A DNA stretch of 60,823 nucleotides, counting the filler. It is 4 parts of 4 records of this genome, joined end to end, with 100 filler letters (N's around TTAATTAATTAA, not from the genome) between each part and the next. Parts side by side here need not be neighbours in the genome. Positions count along the whole stretch, not along the records: positions 1 to 25,153 come from DRR723986_12556; 3 more parts are not named here. One strand, written 5' to 3'. The position numbers and the translations under genes were made by a program. A model generated the notes under the pieces. It did no database searches and had not been told where the DNA came from. It was given only the letters and a program-made list of their open reading frames with translations. Positions within the stretch are counted from its first letter, which is position 1. Each line of letters opens with the position of its first letter. Below, piece by piece: positions 1-9,845 of the stretch.

Positions 1-130
1 AAAACCCAATAGGCGCATTCAAGGCTATATCTTATTGTATCAGTACACTAATGACTAGGCTTAAATACATAATTACGGCATTTACAATACATTTTATTTA
101 AAAACTATTGTAGGTGGAACAAAGGGATAC

Positions 131-736
131 CTAGCGTTGTGCTTGCTCGATCTCACGTTTTGCAGTTGCACGTAATGCGATATATTTATCAAAATTATCT
201 TTTGCTACTTGCACGCAGTAATTGTTTGATGTGCCCCCTGATACGTTAATAATGGCACGTTGATGGGCGATTCGATAACCAAATTCAAAGCTATAAGCGT
301 CGCTTGCAAGATCAGCCATTAAAGCAGCTTGTTGTTCTTTGGGTAGTGTTTCGATAATGGCGTATTCTGCCTCTTTGAAAATAGCAAGTAGGATTTGCTG
401 CATGTGTCGGTTGGATAAGGCGTTAATGCTTTCCATATCTACATTCAGATCATGGCGTTTACAGACTTGCAGATAAGCCCGAAACTGAGCAGCCTCTCCG
501 ATATATTTATACTGGCGTTGGTTGGTTCTGCGAAATTGTTGCCACCATTCCTGTGAGATAAGGCGCAGTTCTGCAATGTTTTTTGGCACCCACATGCCGT
601 TTCGGTCATCACCGTCAACGATAGGATTTTCTGCCGCCGGCACAACCGGCTGTTCTGGCTGTGCCGTTTCCTGTGCTAGCACAAAGTTGGTTGTAAAGAG
701 GGTTATAAACGCAAAAATTGTCAATCGATTGAGCAT
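131..736 (-). CDS. Hypothetical exported protein
   Basis: 201-aa ORF with Sec-type signal peptide (MLNRLTIFAFITLFTTNFVLA); no family recognised. Confidence 0.75.
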   Translation of the reverse strand: MLNRLTIFAFITLFTTNFVLAQETAQPEQPVVPAAENPIVDGDDRNGMWVPKNIAELRLISQEWWQQFRRTNQRQYKYIGEAAQFRAYLQVCKRHDLNVDMESINALSNRHMQQILLAIFKEAEYAIIETLPKEQQAALMADLASDAYSFEFGYRIAHQRAIINVSGGTSNNYCVQVAKDNFDKYIALRATAKREIEQAQR

Positions 737-855
737 GTAACGTCCTAAAAATGTAGAAAAGACAAATGGACCTTTCCGTTATGCGTCGAATTTGTCAATA
801 TGCAGTGAAAAATAATAGTATAACTTTTCATAACTTATGACAGGACGCACCGTAA

Positions 856-1326
856 ATGAGAGCTATTGTGACAGCATTGCTGTTGATATTTGCGCCTGAG
901 CAGGAAGAGTGCGTCATAAGTGAGACTTCTGTTGAAGGGAATTCACTACAAGGATTGCTTTGGCAGGATCAGGTGATAGAAATTTACAGCCTTGGATGTG
1001 GCATACCCGAACGCTATGATTATGTTGTTTTCAATTCTGCGGAAACTCAGCTCCCTGTGATCAAGCAACTGTGGGGCCAGCCCGGTGATGTTTTGACAGT
1101 GTCGGATAATGGGCGTTTTCAAATTAACGGCGTTGAAGCCATTACTCCTTTTCGGAAGCCATATCGTTTGTTGGGCGCATCAAAAACCCGATTAACCAAG
1201 TTGGAGGGCAAGTTAAACGGATATCTTGTGCTGGGCCATCCAGGCAGTGTTGATTCTACCAGAGTGGGATTGCTGTCAAAGGCCGAAATCTTGGGATATG
1301 TACCCAAAAATTCCGTAAAAAAATGA
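856..1326 (+). CDS. Peptidase S26 (signal peptidase I/TraF-like) family protein
   Basis: VEGNSLQGLL (Ser box), VIKQLWGQPGD (Lys box) and YLVLGHPGSVDSTRVG match S26 boxes B, D and E. Confidence 0.7.
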   Translation: MRAIVTALLLIFAPEQEECVISETSVEGNSLQGLLWQDQVIEIYSLGCGIPERYDYVVFNSAETQLPVIKQLWGQPGDVLTVSDNGRFQINGVEAITPFRKPYRLLGASKTRLTKLEGKLNGYLVLGHPGSVDSTRVGLLSKAEILGYVPKNSVKK

Positions 1327-3096
1327 TTAAGCTGCTTTGGCACCTACCCGTACTAATTTTCCGGGCAAAGCACCGGTCAATTGGTCATTTTTAATGACAG
1401 CTATGCCATCAACATATGTTGCAATATAGCCCTGCGCATTTTGCAGCAGGCGCTGGCCGCCAGCAGGTAAATCTTGAACCATACGCGGCGGTAGCAAGCG
1501 TAATTTGGAGTGGTCAATCACGTTGATGTTGGCCTTCATACCAACTTTTAATCGTCCACGATCTGTGAAACCTGCAAAGTCCGCGATCTCTGACGTCAGT
1601 TTTTTAATGGCATCTTCCAGTTGAATAGACGCACCTTTGTTGCGGTCTCGCGCCCAATAATACAGCAAATAGCTAGGGAAGCTGGCGTCACATATTGTAC
1701 CCACATGCGCACCGCCATCTGACAGCCCCATAATTGATTGTGGATGTGACATCATCTCATAAACTGCGTCATAGTTCAGGTCGGTGTAATTATAGATTGG
1801 GAAATACAGAAATTCTTCGCCATTATTTTCCAGCAGTATGTCATAAATTTTATCAAGCGGTGATACGCCGTCTTGCAGCGCAGCTTTATAGACTGATTTT
1901 TCAATTGGTTGTTCGTAATCTGGGTTTTCGCCCAAGCGAAACATTTTACAGGATACAAAGTCAATTTGTGACAAAAGCATATCTGCTATTGGTGGGATGG
2001 CGGTGCCGTCACCAGCCAGTTTTTCTGAACTTTCCGTTAGCAACTGAGCCTTAAATTCTGGGTCGCGCATGATGGCCACGCGTTCTTCAAGGGGCAGGGC
2101 GCTTATTTTCTTATAGCTGGGAAACCCAATGAAAGGGTGGAAGGTGCACTGCAAGCCCAGAATAACACCAATGCCACGTGGGGCTACTTGCAAGTTGAAA
2201 TTAAGGCCGCGCGCTTTGGCATCTTCACTCCGCGCTAAAATATCGCGCCATTGCTTTGGCGCGAAATCGCGCTGCATTAGCGACAAAGAAAAAGGCCTGC
2301 CATCGGCGCTTTTGGCAAATTGCTCCAGCAGTTTCCATTCACGGTCAAAGGCATCTGGGTCTCCGCGTTCTAGATCAAAATCATTAACCGCCTGGAGAAT
2401 TCCATGATCTAGTCCTTTGAATGCGGCAGCAATGCCCGCAAGCTCTTCGGCATTCGCTTCCGAGGAGGGGGTCCATTCGCCGTCGGCGGAACGATGAACA
2501 TCTGATCGACCAGTTGAAAAGCCAATTGCCCCGGCCTCCAATGCGCTGCGGGTAAGTGCACACATTTTCTCAATGTCATCTTTGGTTGCGGGCTCATTAA
2601 AAACTGCTCGGTCACCCATCACAAAAACACGCAGTGGGTCATGAACAACCTGCGCGGCAAAATCTATGGTGTGGGGAAAGTCTATGGCAGACATATAGTC
2701 TTCAAAACTGGTCCAATTCCATGTTAGTCCCTCTGAAAGTGCTGTGCCGGGAATATCCTCAACGCCTTCCATAAGGCGTACGAGTTTGTCGTGATCTTGA
2801 GGATGAACCGGCGCAAAGCCAACGCCGCAACTACCCATTACAACAGTGGTTACACCGTGATAAACGCTTGGTTCAAAGTTTGCGTCCCAAGAAACCTGAC
2901 CGTCGTAATGGGTGTGAATATCAATAAAGCCGGGCGTAACTATAGCACCGTTTGCGTCAAAAACTTCGTTGGCTTCTTCAGCGCAGTCGCCTATTTCTGC
3001 AATTTTGCCGTCTTTGATGGCAACATTTGCCGTATAAGGCGCACCGCCGTCACCGTCATAAACAAGGCCGTTTTGAATGAGTAAATCGTATGGCAT
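1327..3096 (-). CDS. N-acyl-D-amino-acid deacylase family amidohydrolase
   Basis: PGFIDIHTHYD, HGVTTVVMGSCG and SDGGAH motifs; start reassigned to ATG 3096 (MPYDLLIQNG) with GGGAG upstream. Confidence 0.88.
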   Translation of the reverse strand: MPYDLLIQNGLVYDGDGGAPYTANVAIKDGKIAEIGDCAEEANEVFDANGAIVTPGFIDIHTHYDGQVSWDANFEPSVYHGVTTVVMGSCGVGFAPVHPQDHDKLVRLMEGVEDIPGTALSEGLTWNWTSFEDYMSAIDFPHTIDFAAQVVHDPLRVFVMGDRAVFNEPATKDDIEKMCALTRSALEAGAIGFSTGRSDVHRSADGEWTPSSEANAEELAGIAAAFKGLDHGILQAVNDFDLERGDPDAFDREWKLLEQFAKSADGRPFSLSLMQRDFAPKQWRDILARSEDAKARGLNFNLQVAPRGIGVILGLQCTFHPFIGFPSYKKISALPLEERVAIMRDPEFKAQLLTESSEKLAGDGTAIPPIADMLLSQIDFVSCKMFRLGENPDYEQPIEKSVYKAALQDGVSPLDKIYDILLENNGEEFLYFPIYNYTDLNYDAVYEMMSHPQSIMGLSDGGAHVGTICDASFPSYLLYYWARDRNKGASIQLEDAIKKLTSEIADFAGFTDRGRLKVGMKANINVIDHSKLRLLPPRMVQDLPAGGQRLLQNAQGYIATYVDGIAVIKNDQLTGALPGKLVRVGAKAA

Positions 3097-3127
3097 AGGT
3101 GGCTCCCGTTTCGAAGGTGACAAAGGG

Positions 3128-4057
3128 TTAATTTGCATCAGCAATTTTGCGACGGTCAATGTATCTGAATAGATTAGCCAGAGTAAAGCCGCCAATCAAA
3201 TGCCATATGCTCCATGTACCAACCAGTAAGGCTGCTTCTCCTACGCCGCCTAATTCCGCCATGACAATGATGAGACCAAGCCCCGCGTTTTGGATGCCAA
3301 CTTCGAAAACCAGCGCGCGTGATTTTCGTCGGTCTTTCAAGAAATAATATCCAATCAACCCACCGATCAAAAAGGCGAGAGCATTATGCAAAACGACAAG
3401 CGGCACCATTTGGGCACCGTGAGTGAACAATATATCTTTGTTGGCAATAAGCCCGGCTATAATTAAGGCAAATAATATAATGACTGAAACAGGCATGAAC
3501 TTTTTGTGCAGTTTGGCCGAAAGTTCTGATTTAAAATGCGACAAACCCAACCCCACACTTAATGGCAACAGAAGAATGAGTGTTGTGCGAATAATAAAAC
3601 CGGTTCGGTCGATGTTAATTTGGTCAATCAATCCGCTTGCCGGAGTATGAAAGGATATCCAAAAGAGTATAGCGACCGGTAGCAAGAGCGCAGAAAAAAC
3701 AGAGGATAACATGGTTAATGCAACAGAATAGGCCGCATCAGCACCCGCAATTTTGGTGATCAAGTTCGACATAGCACCGCCGGGGCAGGCCGCGACAATG
3801 ATCATGCCCAGCGCCAAGCCTGGGGAGACCTGTAAAACTTTGATGAGCAAAAGGGTTATAACCGGCAAGGCGATAATTTGCGCACAAAAGCCAACAAAAA
3901 TTGAGGTTGGATGAGCGCGAACAAACGCAAAGTCGTGTGCGCGAAGACCCGTTGCAACCGTAAGCATTGTAAAGGCCAAAGACACAGATAGTAAAATGCG
4001 GGTAATTGGGTCCACGGACAGGGAAACCGTCTCAACTGCAAGTGTTGCTTCACTCAT
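3128..4057 (-). CDS. Bile acid:sodium symporter (BASS/SBF) family transporter
   Basis: Multiple TM segments, ACPGGAMSN and FEVGIQNAGLG motifs; ATG 4057 with GAGGAG RBS. Confidence 0.88.
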   Translation of the reverse strand: MSEATLAVETVSLSVDPITRILLSVSLAFTMLTVATGLRAHDFAFVRAHPTSIFVGFCAQIIALPVITLLLIKVLQVSPGLALGMIIVAACPGGAMSNLITKIAGADAAYSVALTMLSSVFSALLLPVAILFWISFHTPASGLIDQINIDRTGFIIRTTLILLLPLSVGLGLSHFKSELSAKLHKKFMPVSVIILFALIIAGLIANKDILFTHGAQMVPLVVLHNALAFLIGGLIGYYFLKDRRKSRALVFEVGIQNAGLGLIIVMAELGGVGEAALLVGTWSIWHLIGGFTLANLFRYIDRRKIADAN

Positions 4058-4224
4058 AAACCACTCCTCTGGCATCACCGTAGGGGAAAACCACACCTTT
4101 TAGAAGGAGTGCTTTTTGGGAAGTGTATATTGCAATTATCGAGGTCTATCTTTTTACGCAATCGACGCTTTTATCAGCGATGAATGAAGACTAACATGGC
4201 CGCTAACAATGAGAGGATTTATTG

Positions 4225-5628
4225 ATGAATATACTCCGTGTGTGGTTTTGTTGTTTAATTGGTTTTTCCAGTATTGCTTGTGCCAATCAAGCTGAGCCAG
4301 AGCCTGTTGATTTGATTGCTTACGGCGATTATGTCCTGACAATGCAAGCTGAAAATCCCTTGATAGAAGACGGGGCAGTGGCAGTATCTGACGGCAAAAT
4401 TATTGCCGTTGGACCAGCGGAGAATATCCGTAACCGCTATAGCGCAAATACCATTTTGAGCGGGGAAAATAAGGTTTTAATGCCTGGTTTGGTGAACGGG
4501 CATACGCATACTGCCATGGTAATGTTTAGGGGTATGGCCGACGATTTGCCGTTGATGACGTGGCTGCAGGATTATATTTTCCCTATGGAGGGGCAATATG
4601 TGAATCCAGCTCTTATTGAAGCGGGTACTAAACTTGCGTGTTGGGAAATGATACGGGGCGGTGTCTCCAGCTTTGTTGACATGTATTTTTATCCTGATGT
4701 TATCGCGGATGTAGCAGTGGAATGCGGGCTAAGAGCTACCGTCGCTGCACCAATGATTGACTTTCCAAGTCCAGGTTTTTCTGGGTGGGAAGATAGTTTT
4801 GATGCAGGCGTTGAATTTGCCAAAAGATGGAAGGGTAAGCATACACGCATTACACCCGCCCTCGCCCCGCACGCGCCTTATACCGTTTCTGAAAGCCATT
4901 TAAACGCCGCCTTTTCTGCTGCGCGGACACTTGGTGTCCCGGTTTCAATTCATGTGGCAGAAGACCAGTCAGAGGTGGATTTTGTTTCAAAAAAATACGG
5001 TAAAACCTCAATTGAACTTTTAGCAGGTATGGGCATGCTTGAGCAGCAAACCATAGCGGCCCATGTGGTTTGGCCCACAGATGAGGATATTAATCGGCTG
5101 GCCGGCTCTGAGGTTGGGGCTATTCATAACCCCACCTCAAATATGAAAACGGGCGCGGGTTTTTCACCAGTGGCTAAAATGCTGGAAGCAGGCGTGAATG
5201 TGGGTTTGGGTACAGACGGCGCTGCTTCTAATAATGATCTCGATCTGTGGCAAGAAATGCTAATGGCGGCTCTTGTTCACAAGGGTATATCCAATGACCC
5301 GACGCAAATTTCCGCTTTTGAAGCCATAGACATGGCAACCCGTATGGGCGCACGAGCTGCGGGTTTGGGTGGAAAAGTTGGTATCCTTAAAACGGGTATG
5401 CAGGCGGATATGATTCAGGTGTCACTGGCTAGCCCTAGGTTTGATCCGCTCTATAATGTGATTTCACATCTTGTCTATGTTGCCAAATCAACAGACGTTG
5501 TGACAACTATTGTGGAGGGAAAAGTATTGATGGAAGACGGGGCGGTAAAAACTGTTGATATTGAAACTGTAAGGGCGAATGTGGCAAAAATAGCCGACAG
5601 AATTCGGCAAGATTTAAAAAATCGATGA
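4225..5628 (+). CDS. TRZ/ATZ family amidohydrolase, MTA/SAH/5'-deoxyadenosine deaminase-like, with N-terminal signal peptide
   Basis: VNGHTHTAM, APHAPY, HVAE and GTDGAASNN motifs; hydrophobic N-terminus MNILRVWFCCLIGFSSIACA. Confidence 0.82.
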   Translation: MNILRVWFCCLIGFSSIACANQAEPEPVDLIAYGDYVLTMQAENPLIEDGAVAVSDGKIIAVGPAENIRNRYSANTILSGENKVLMPGLVNGHTHTAMVMFRGMADDLPLMTWLQDYIFPMEGQYVNPALIEAGTKLACWEMIRGGVSSFVDMYFYPDVIADVAVECGLRATVAAPMIDFPSPGFSGWEDSFDAGVEFAKRWKGKHTRITPALAPHAPYTVSESHLNAAFSAARTLGVPVSIHVAEDQSEVDFVSKKYGKTSIELLAGMGMLEQQTIAAHVVWPTDEDINRLAGSEVGAIHNPTSNMKTGAGFSPVAKMLEAGVNVGLGTDGAASNNDLDLWQEMLMAALVHKGISNDPTQISAFEAIDMATRMGARAAGLGGKVGILKTGMQADMIQVSLASPRFDPLYNVISHLVYVAKSTDVVTTIVEGKVLMEDGAVKTVDIETVRANVAKIADRIRQDLKNR

Positions 5629-5717
5629 GCCGAACCATACACACCTTTTCAAATATTGTTTTTCGCCCTATAGTGTTTTGAAACTTGGGTGTTTTAACTT
5701 TGATTGGGTGGAATACT

Positions 5718-6683
5718 ATGCCAAATGGCCGACTAGGTTCGGGCAATTTTGCATTAGTTTGCAGCAACTATGCGACTAAATGCATTGCTACAACATTGAC
5801 GTCTGTTTTTTTATTTGGTGCCTTGTGTGTTAGTCAGCCTGTAGCTGCCGGCCAAGCACCATTGACAGGCCCCGTTAAAGAAATTGAAGCCTTCTTTGAT
5901 AGCTTTTTTACCCGTTTCTCAAATTTGTCTAAAGATCGTAGAGGCGCGAAAAAAGAACGCGCGATGATACCCTTATTGCGGCACACCAAAGCAAAATACG
6001 ACCGCAGCCCGGCCACAAAAATAGCGGAAAAACCTGTTGACCCAGCAATGGGTTTGATTTCGAAATTATGGATGCACGGTCCAAAGTCATGGACCATTAC
6101 TGAGTTGGAAATGACAGGCGATGGAGCATTTGCCAAAGTCTATTTTGACTCTGTAGATGAAAACCGCACTGACCCTATCCCATTCGGCTTCAAGTTTCAC
6201 AACTCCGGAAAGAAATGGAAGATTGCAGGCTACGTTGATTTACGGTCCGTCATTGATGGAAGTAGCAATTGGCATGACCTGATCGTTACCGGGAATGACG
6301 CCAGCCCGGAAGCAGTTTTCTCTGCTTATATGGACAAAATTGAATTTTATTACACGCCAAAAAAAGCCAAAGAAAGCATGCAATTAACGCCGCAAGTGCA
6401 GGAAAGCCTGTCGCCTTTATGGTTGCCGACCGAGGATGCGACAAAATCTCTGACGCGGGCAATGATGACATTTTCCCAACTTCAGCCGCGCACTTGGAAC
6501 CTTATTACTTCTGACTTTGTTGATGATACTTCTGAACTTGTTATTCAAGCCAGTGCAGGCAATCCTGTTATGCGCCGAAATGCGAGCATGGCCGCAATGA
6601 TGGGCAGTGGCCTCAAGTTTACCTTGGAGCGCGGTGAAGAAGAATGGCTTTTAAAAAGCTATGGCCGCAGCCGTAAAAAGTAA
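5718..6683 (+). CDS. Hypothetical exported protein with two tandem NTF2-like repeats
   Basis: Signal-like segment ending PVAA; internal similarity PKSWTI..GFKF..WKIAGY vs PRTWNL..LKFT..WLLKSY; start uncertain. Confidence 0.6.
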   Translation: MPNGRLGSGNFALVCSNYATKCIATTLTSVFLFGALCVSQPVAAGQAPLTGPVKEIEAFFDSFFTRFSNLSKDRRGAKKERAMIPLLRHTKAKYDRSPATKIAEKPVDPAMGLISKLWMHGPKSWTITELEMTGDGAFAKVYFDSVDENRTDPIPFGFKFHNSGKKWKIAGYVDLRSVIDGSSNWHDLIVTGNDASPEAVFSAYMDKIEFYYTPKKAKESMQLTPQVQESLSPLWLPTEDATKSLTRAMMTFSQLQPRTWNLITSDFVDDTSELVIQASAGNPVMRRNASMAAMMGSGLKFTLERGEEEWLLKSYGRSRKK

Positions 6684-6757
6684 TAGCTGACCAATTTTGA
6701 TCGACTACGTTTCTTTGCTAAGATCATTTATTGCCGCCTGCAAAAAAAACCTTGGCT

Positions 6758-8653
6758 TTATCCTTGGCTAATTTTGTGCTCGTCGATGGCAACCATTCTG
6801 GTTGTTGGCGGTAACATTTCATAGGCTTTATCGCGCACGGTTGAAACAAACTGGAATGTAGCGGTCACTGTTGAGACGGCAATGTTTAACTCTAGCCAAC
6901 CTCTATGCTCCCCCTCAAAGGTTTTTAATTCCGGGCTGCTTTTATACAGTGCTTCGGACAAAACTTCGGGCGAAACCGGCAAATATTCTTCCATACCGGG
7001 TGAAGACACACCTGCGGTTGCAAACTCAACCGCTACAGCATCTCCGGCCTCGTCCTCCAAATCAAAAGCCCATGCATTGTGTGTATCTCCGGCTAGTAAA
7101 ACTGCGTTTGACTTCGTGGTTTTGAGCGCCTTAAATAAAGTGTTCCGAGCTGCAGGGTAGCCATCCCATGCATCTAGGTTTAGCGGTAGTCCCATAGCCG
7201 CCAGCATACGAAACTCGGCAATTCTGCGTGGACTTACATAGGTGTTTTTGGTGAAATCTATGTCTTCGTCCTGAATACTTGGAATGCCTACTTTTCCGGT
7301 TAAAACCTGTTGGCCAATAATTTGCCATGGCTTGCCCTTTTTGTTAGAGCGCGCCAACTCCCGCGTAAGCCAAAGTTGTTGCGTATCACAAAGCATATTT
7401 CGGGCAGTGTCTGGCAAAATGTCGTCTTTGAATTTGGCAAGGTCCGGCAGGTAGCTAATGCCTGCGGGCATATTTTTTGGGTCAAAAGCTTGTATTTCTG
7501 TCCATTCAAGAATTGGTTCTGCCTTGCCATCAGATAACCTAAAGGGTACAGGCACGTGCTTTATTTGTTTGCGTGTGCTTGCTGAGGCGCGAAGCTGCCC
7601 CAAAGTGTCAATGTCTGTAATGGCCACCGGTGTTGTGCCGGGTTTAAAGTGAAATGGGACAGACCTTAAAGGCAGGTCCTGACTGTAGTTCAATGGCTTG
7701 TCGCGTCCAATGATGCGCGTATCAAGCATGATGAGAGTTGCAAGGTCACCAATTTCAAAACTACGATAAATTACATTTTGGTTTCTTGTGCGGTTATCGC
7801 GGATGGGCAACCATTCATGATAAGCTTGTAAAGCAGCTTTTTTGCGCGCTAGAAATTCGCCTTCGCCTTCGTTGTGGTTTTCGGCGCCAAGTTGCCAAGT
7901 ATCATTGGCAATTTCATGGTCATCCCATATGCAAATAAAGGGGTGGGAAGCATGAGCTGCTTGAAGGTCTGGGTCAGTGCGGTATAGCCCATACCGTGTG
8001 CGATAATCTTCCAGCGCAATAACTTCGCCTTTGGGTACAACCTGTCTGCCATGGTTTTGGGTCATGTTTTCATTACTATAAGTGCCAGCAGGATATTCGT
8101 ATATATAGTCACCCAAATGCAGAACTGCGGCATACTCGCGGTTTGCTATTTCTTTATAAACGTGAAAATATCCTTGCGGGTAATTGGAGCAGGAAACCAC
8201 AGCAAGCTTAACGCTGTCTATGCCGGTGTTTGGTAAGGTTTTTGTGCGGCCCGTTGGGCTTACAATACCGTCGCAAATAAAACGGTAATAGTATGATGTG
8301 TTTGGGCTCAAACCAGTGGCGTCAACCTTCACCGTATAGTCTTTTTTTAGTTCAGATGCCGCGTTGCCGCTGCTGACAATTTGCTCGAAATTGTCAGTGG
8401 TTGAAACCTGCCATTGAACCGGCAGCCTCATGACATTGCCGCCAGACGGTATGACACGTGTCCATAAAATAATGCGGTCAGAAAGCGGGTCTCCACTGGC
8501 GACGCCGTGGGTGAACATAGCCGACTGCCCGTTTGATTGGGCTACTGCGCTGTCAAACCCCCTAAGCGCAATGACGCCCGCAAGGCCTGACGCAGTTTGA
8601 AGCACTTGCCTACGGGTTGTTGTTGCCGCCTTGTCACGGATATTTTTCGCCAT
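6758..8653 (-). CDS. phoD: Alkaline phosphatase D (PhoD family), Tat-exported
   Basis: TRRQVL twin-arginine signal; FTHGVASGDP, HLGDYIYE, WDDHE, LDTR, DAWDGY and GDTH motifs. Confidence 0.93.
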   Translation of the reverse strand: MAKNIRDKAATTTRRQVLQTASGLAGVIALRGFDSAVAQSNGQSAMFTHGVASGDPLSDRIILWTRVIPSGGNVMRLPVQWQVSTTDNFEQIVSSGNAASELKKDYTVKVDATGLSPNTSYYYRFICDGIVSPTGRTKTLPNTGIDSVKLAVVSCSNYPQGYFHVYKEIANREYAAVLHLGDYIYEYPAGTYSNENMTQNHGRQVVPKGEVIALEDYRTRYGLYRTDPDLQAAHASHPFICIWDDHEIANDTWQLGAENHNEGEGEFLARKKAALQAYHEWLPIRDNRTRNQNVIYRSFEIGDLATLIMLDTRIIGRDKPLNYSQDLPLRSVPFHFKPGTTPVAITDIDTLGQLRASASTRKQIKHVPVPFRLSDGKAEPILEWTEIQAFDPKNMPAGISYLPDLAKFKDDILPDTARNMLCDTQQLWLTRELARSNKKGKPWQIIGQQVLTGKVGIPSIQDEDIDFTKNTYVSPRRIAEFRMLAAMGLPLNLDAWDGYPAARNTLFKALKTTKSNAVLLAGDTHNAWAFDLEDEAGDAVAVEFATAGVSSPGMEEYLPVSPEVLSEALYKSSPELKTFEGEHRGWLELNIAVSTVTATFQFVSTVRDKAYEMLPPTTRMVAIDEHKISQG

Positions 8654-8742
8654 CGTATTTTCCTTAGGTTTGATACTCTTTCATGCCAGAATTTATCAAA
8701 AACTACAATTTGTTACGCGCGGCAGTGCTTCTAATTTGTAGG

Positions 8743-9801
8743 CTATAAGTCGGTTAACCTGCAGCCAGGCAGGCCAAATGCAAATGTTGCATCAAAAGCT
8801 GTTGAGGGTGTTTGGAACCCTGGATTATTTTCACCGTTCAGGGTTCTTATCGCGCTTTCTACTGCAGAATCTGCCGTAAGCGTGTAGCCATTCGGTGCCT
8901 CAAGGCGTGAGCGAAATAGTACGCCGTCGCTATCGACAACCTCAGCTTGCAAAATTGATGTATCGCGGATGCGCTCAGCATCCGTTGGACCGGCGGGCAT
9001 TTTGTCTATCTGCTTTTTAAGCATTGATTGAACAAATCCTGATCCCATAACGGGGCCTAAAAACCGGCTCATACTTGTCATGGCCTTAATTGGTCCTTCT
9101 GCAGGGAAGTATACTTCAATGTCGGGAATGCCTGTGCTGTGGTATGCCGTTGAAACATCACCCCAGGATACACCCAAATAAGGTTCTTCACCGGTTCCTG
9201 TATCGAAACTTCGCTGTAAGCTTCCCGCGCGCAGCGACGTGATTTTACCGCCTCTGCGTGCCATTGTCCCTGTGCCGAGTGACTCTACTGCTGTTTTTGC
9301 AGTGCCACGCGATGGGCCACCAAGACCTTTTATTGCAATGGCTAGTGAGATCGGAGCTTTTGCCCGGGCCGCAGTGTGCGCTGCCAGGCAGTCGCTCGGC
9401 ACAACATCAAAACCAACACCTGGCATCAAGGTAATGCCAGCTTTCTCTGCGGGTGTACCCAAACCAGCGGCAAGCTCAAACACGTCAATTTCACCGGTCA
9501 CATCCAAATAATGTGTGCCAGTTTTGATGCAAGCATTCATCATGATGTCGGCGGTGGCAGAAAAGGGCCCTGCGACGGAAAGTACAAGCGCGTGGCTTTC
9601 AAGGGCGGCTTCAATAGCGTCGGCATTATCAACTGAAAAGGCTGCCCATGGCAGACCCAGTTCAGATGCCAAAGCGCTGACGGTTTCGGCATTGCGTCCA
9701 GCAAGCGTTGGCTTTTGGCCTCGCTCAATTGCCTTTCGTGCAATAAGGCCCCCCGTGTATCCGGTAGCGCCGTATATCATCCATTTGCTTGCTGAAGCCA
9801 T
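8743..9801 (-). CDS. Saccharopine dehydrogenase-like NAD(P)-dependent oxidoreductase
   Basis: IYGATGYTG, VAGPF, HYLDVTGE and GFDVVPSD motifs. Confidence 0.88.
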   Translation of the reverse strand: MASASKWMIYGATGYTGGLIARKAIERGQKPTLAGRNAETVSALASELGLPWAAFSVDNADAIEAALESHALVLSVAGPFSATADIMMNACIKTGTHYLDVTGEIDVFELAAGLGTPAEKAGITLMPGVGFDVVPSDCLAAHTAARAKAPISLAIAIKGLGGPSRGTAKTAVESLGTGTMARRGGKITSLRAGSLQRSFDTGTGEEPYLGVSWGDVSTAYHSTGIPDIEVYFPAEGPIKAMTSMSRFLGPVMGSGFVQSMLKKQIDKMPAGPTDAERIRDTSILQAEVVDSDGVLFRSRLEAPNGYTLTADSAVESAIRTLNGENNPGFQTPSTAFDATFAFGLPGCRLTDL

Positions 9802-9845
9802 TTTGTCACCGTTTATGATTTTGTTGTTAGAATGTCGTGCGTCAA

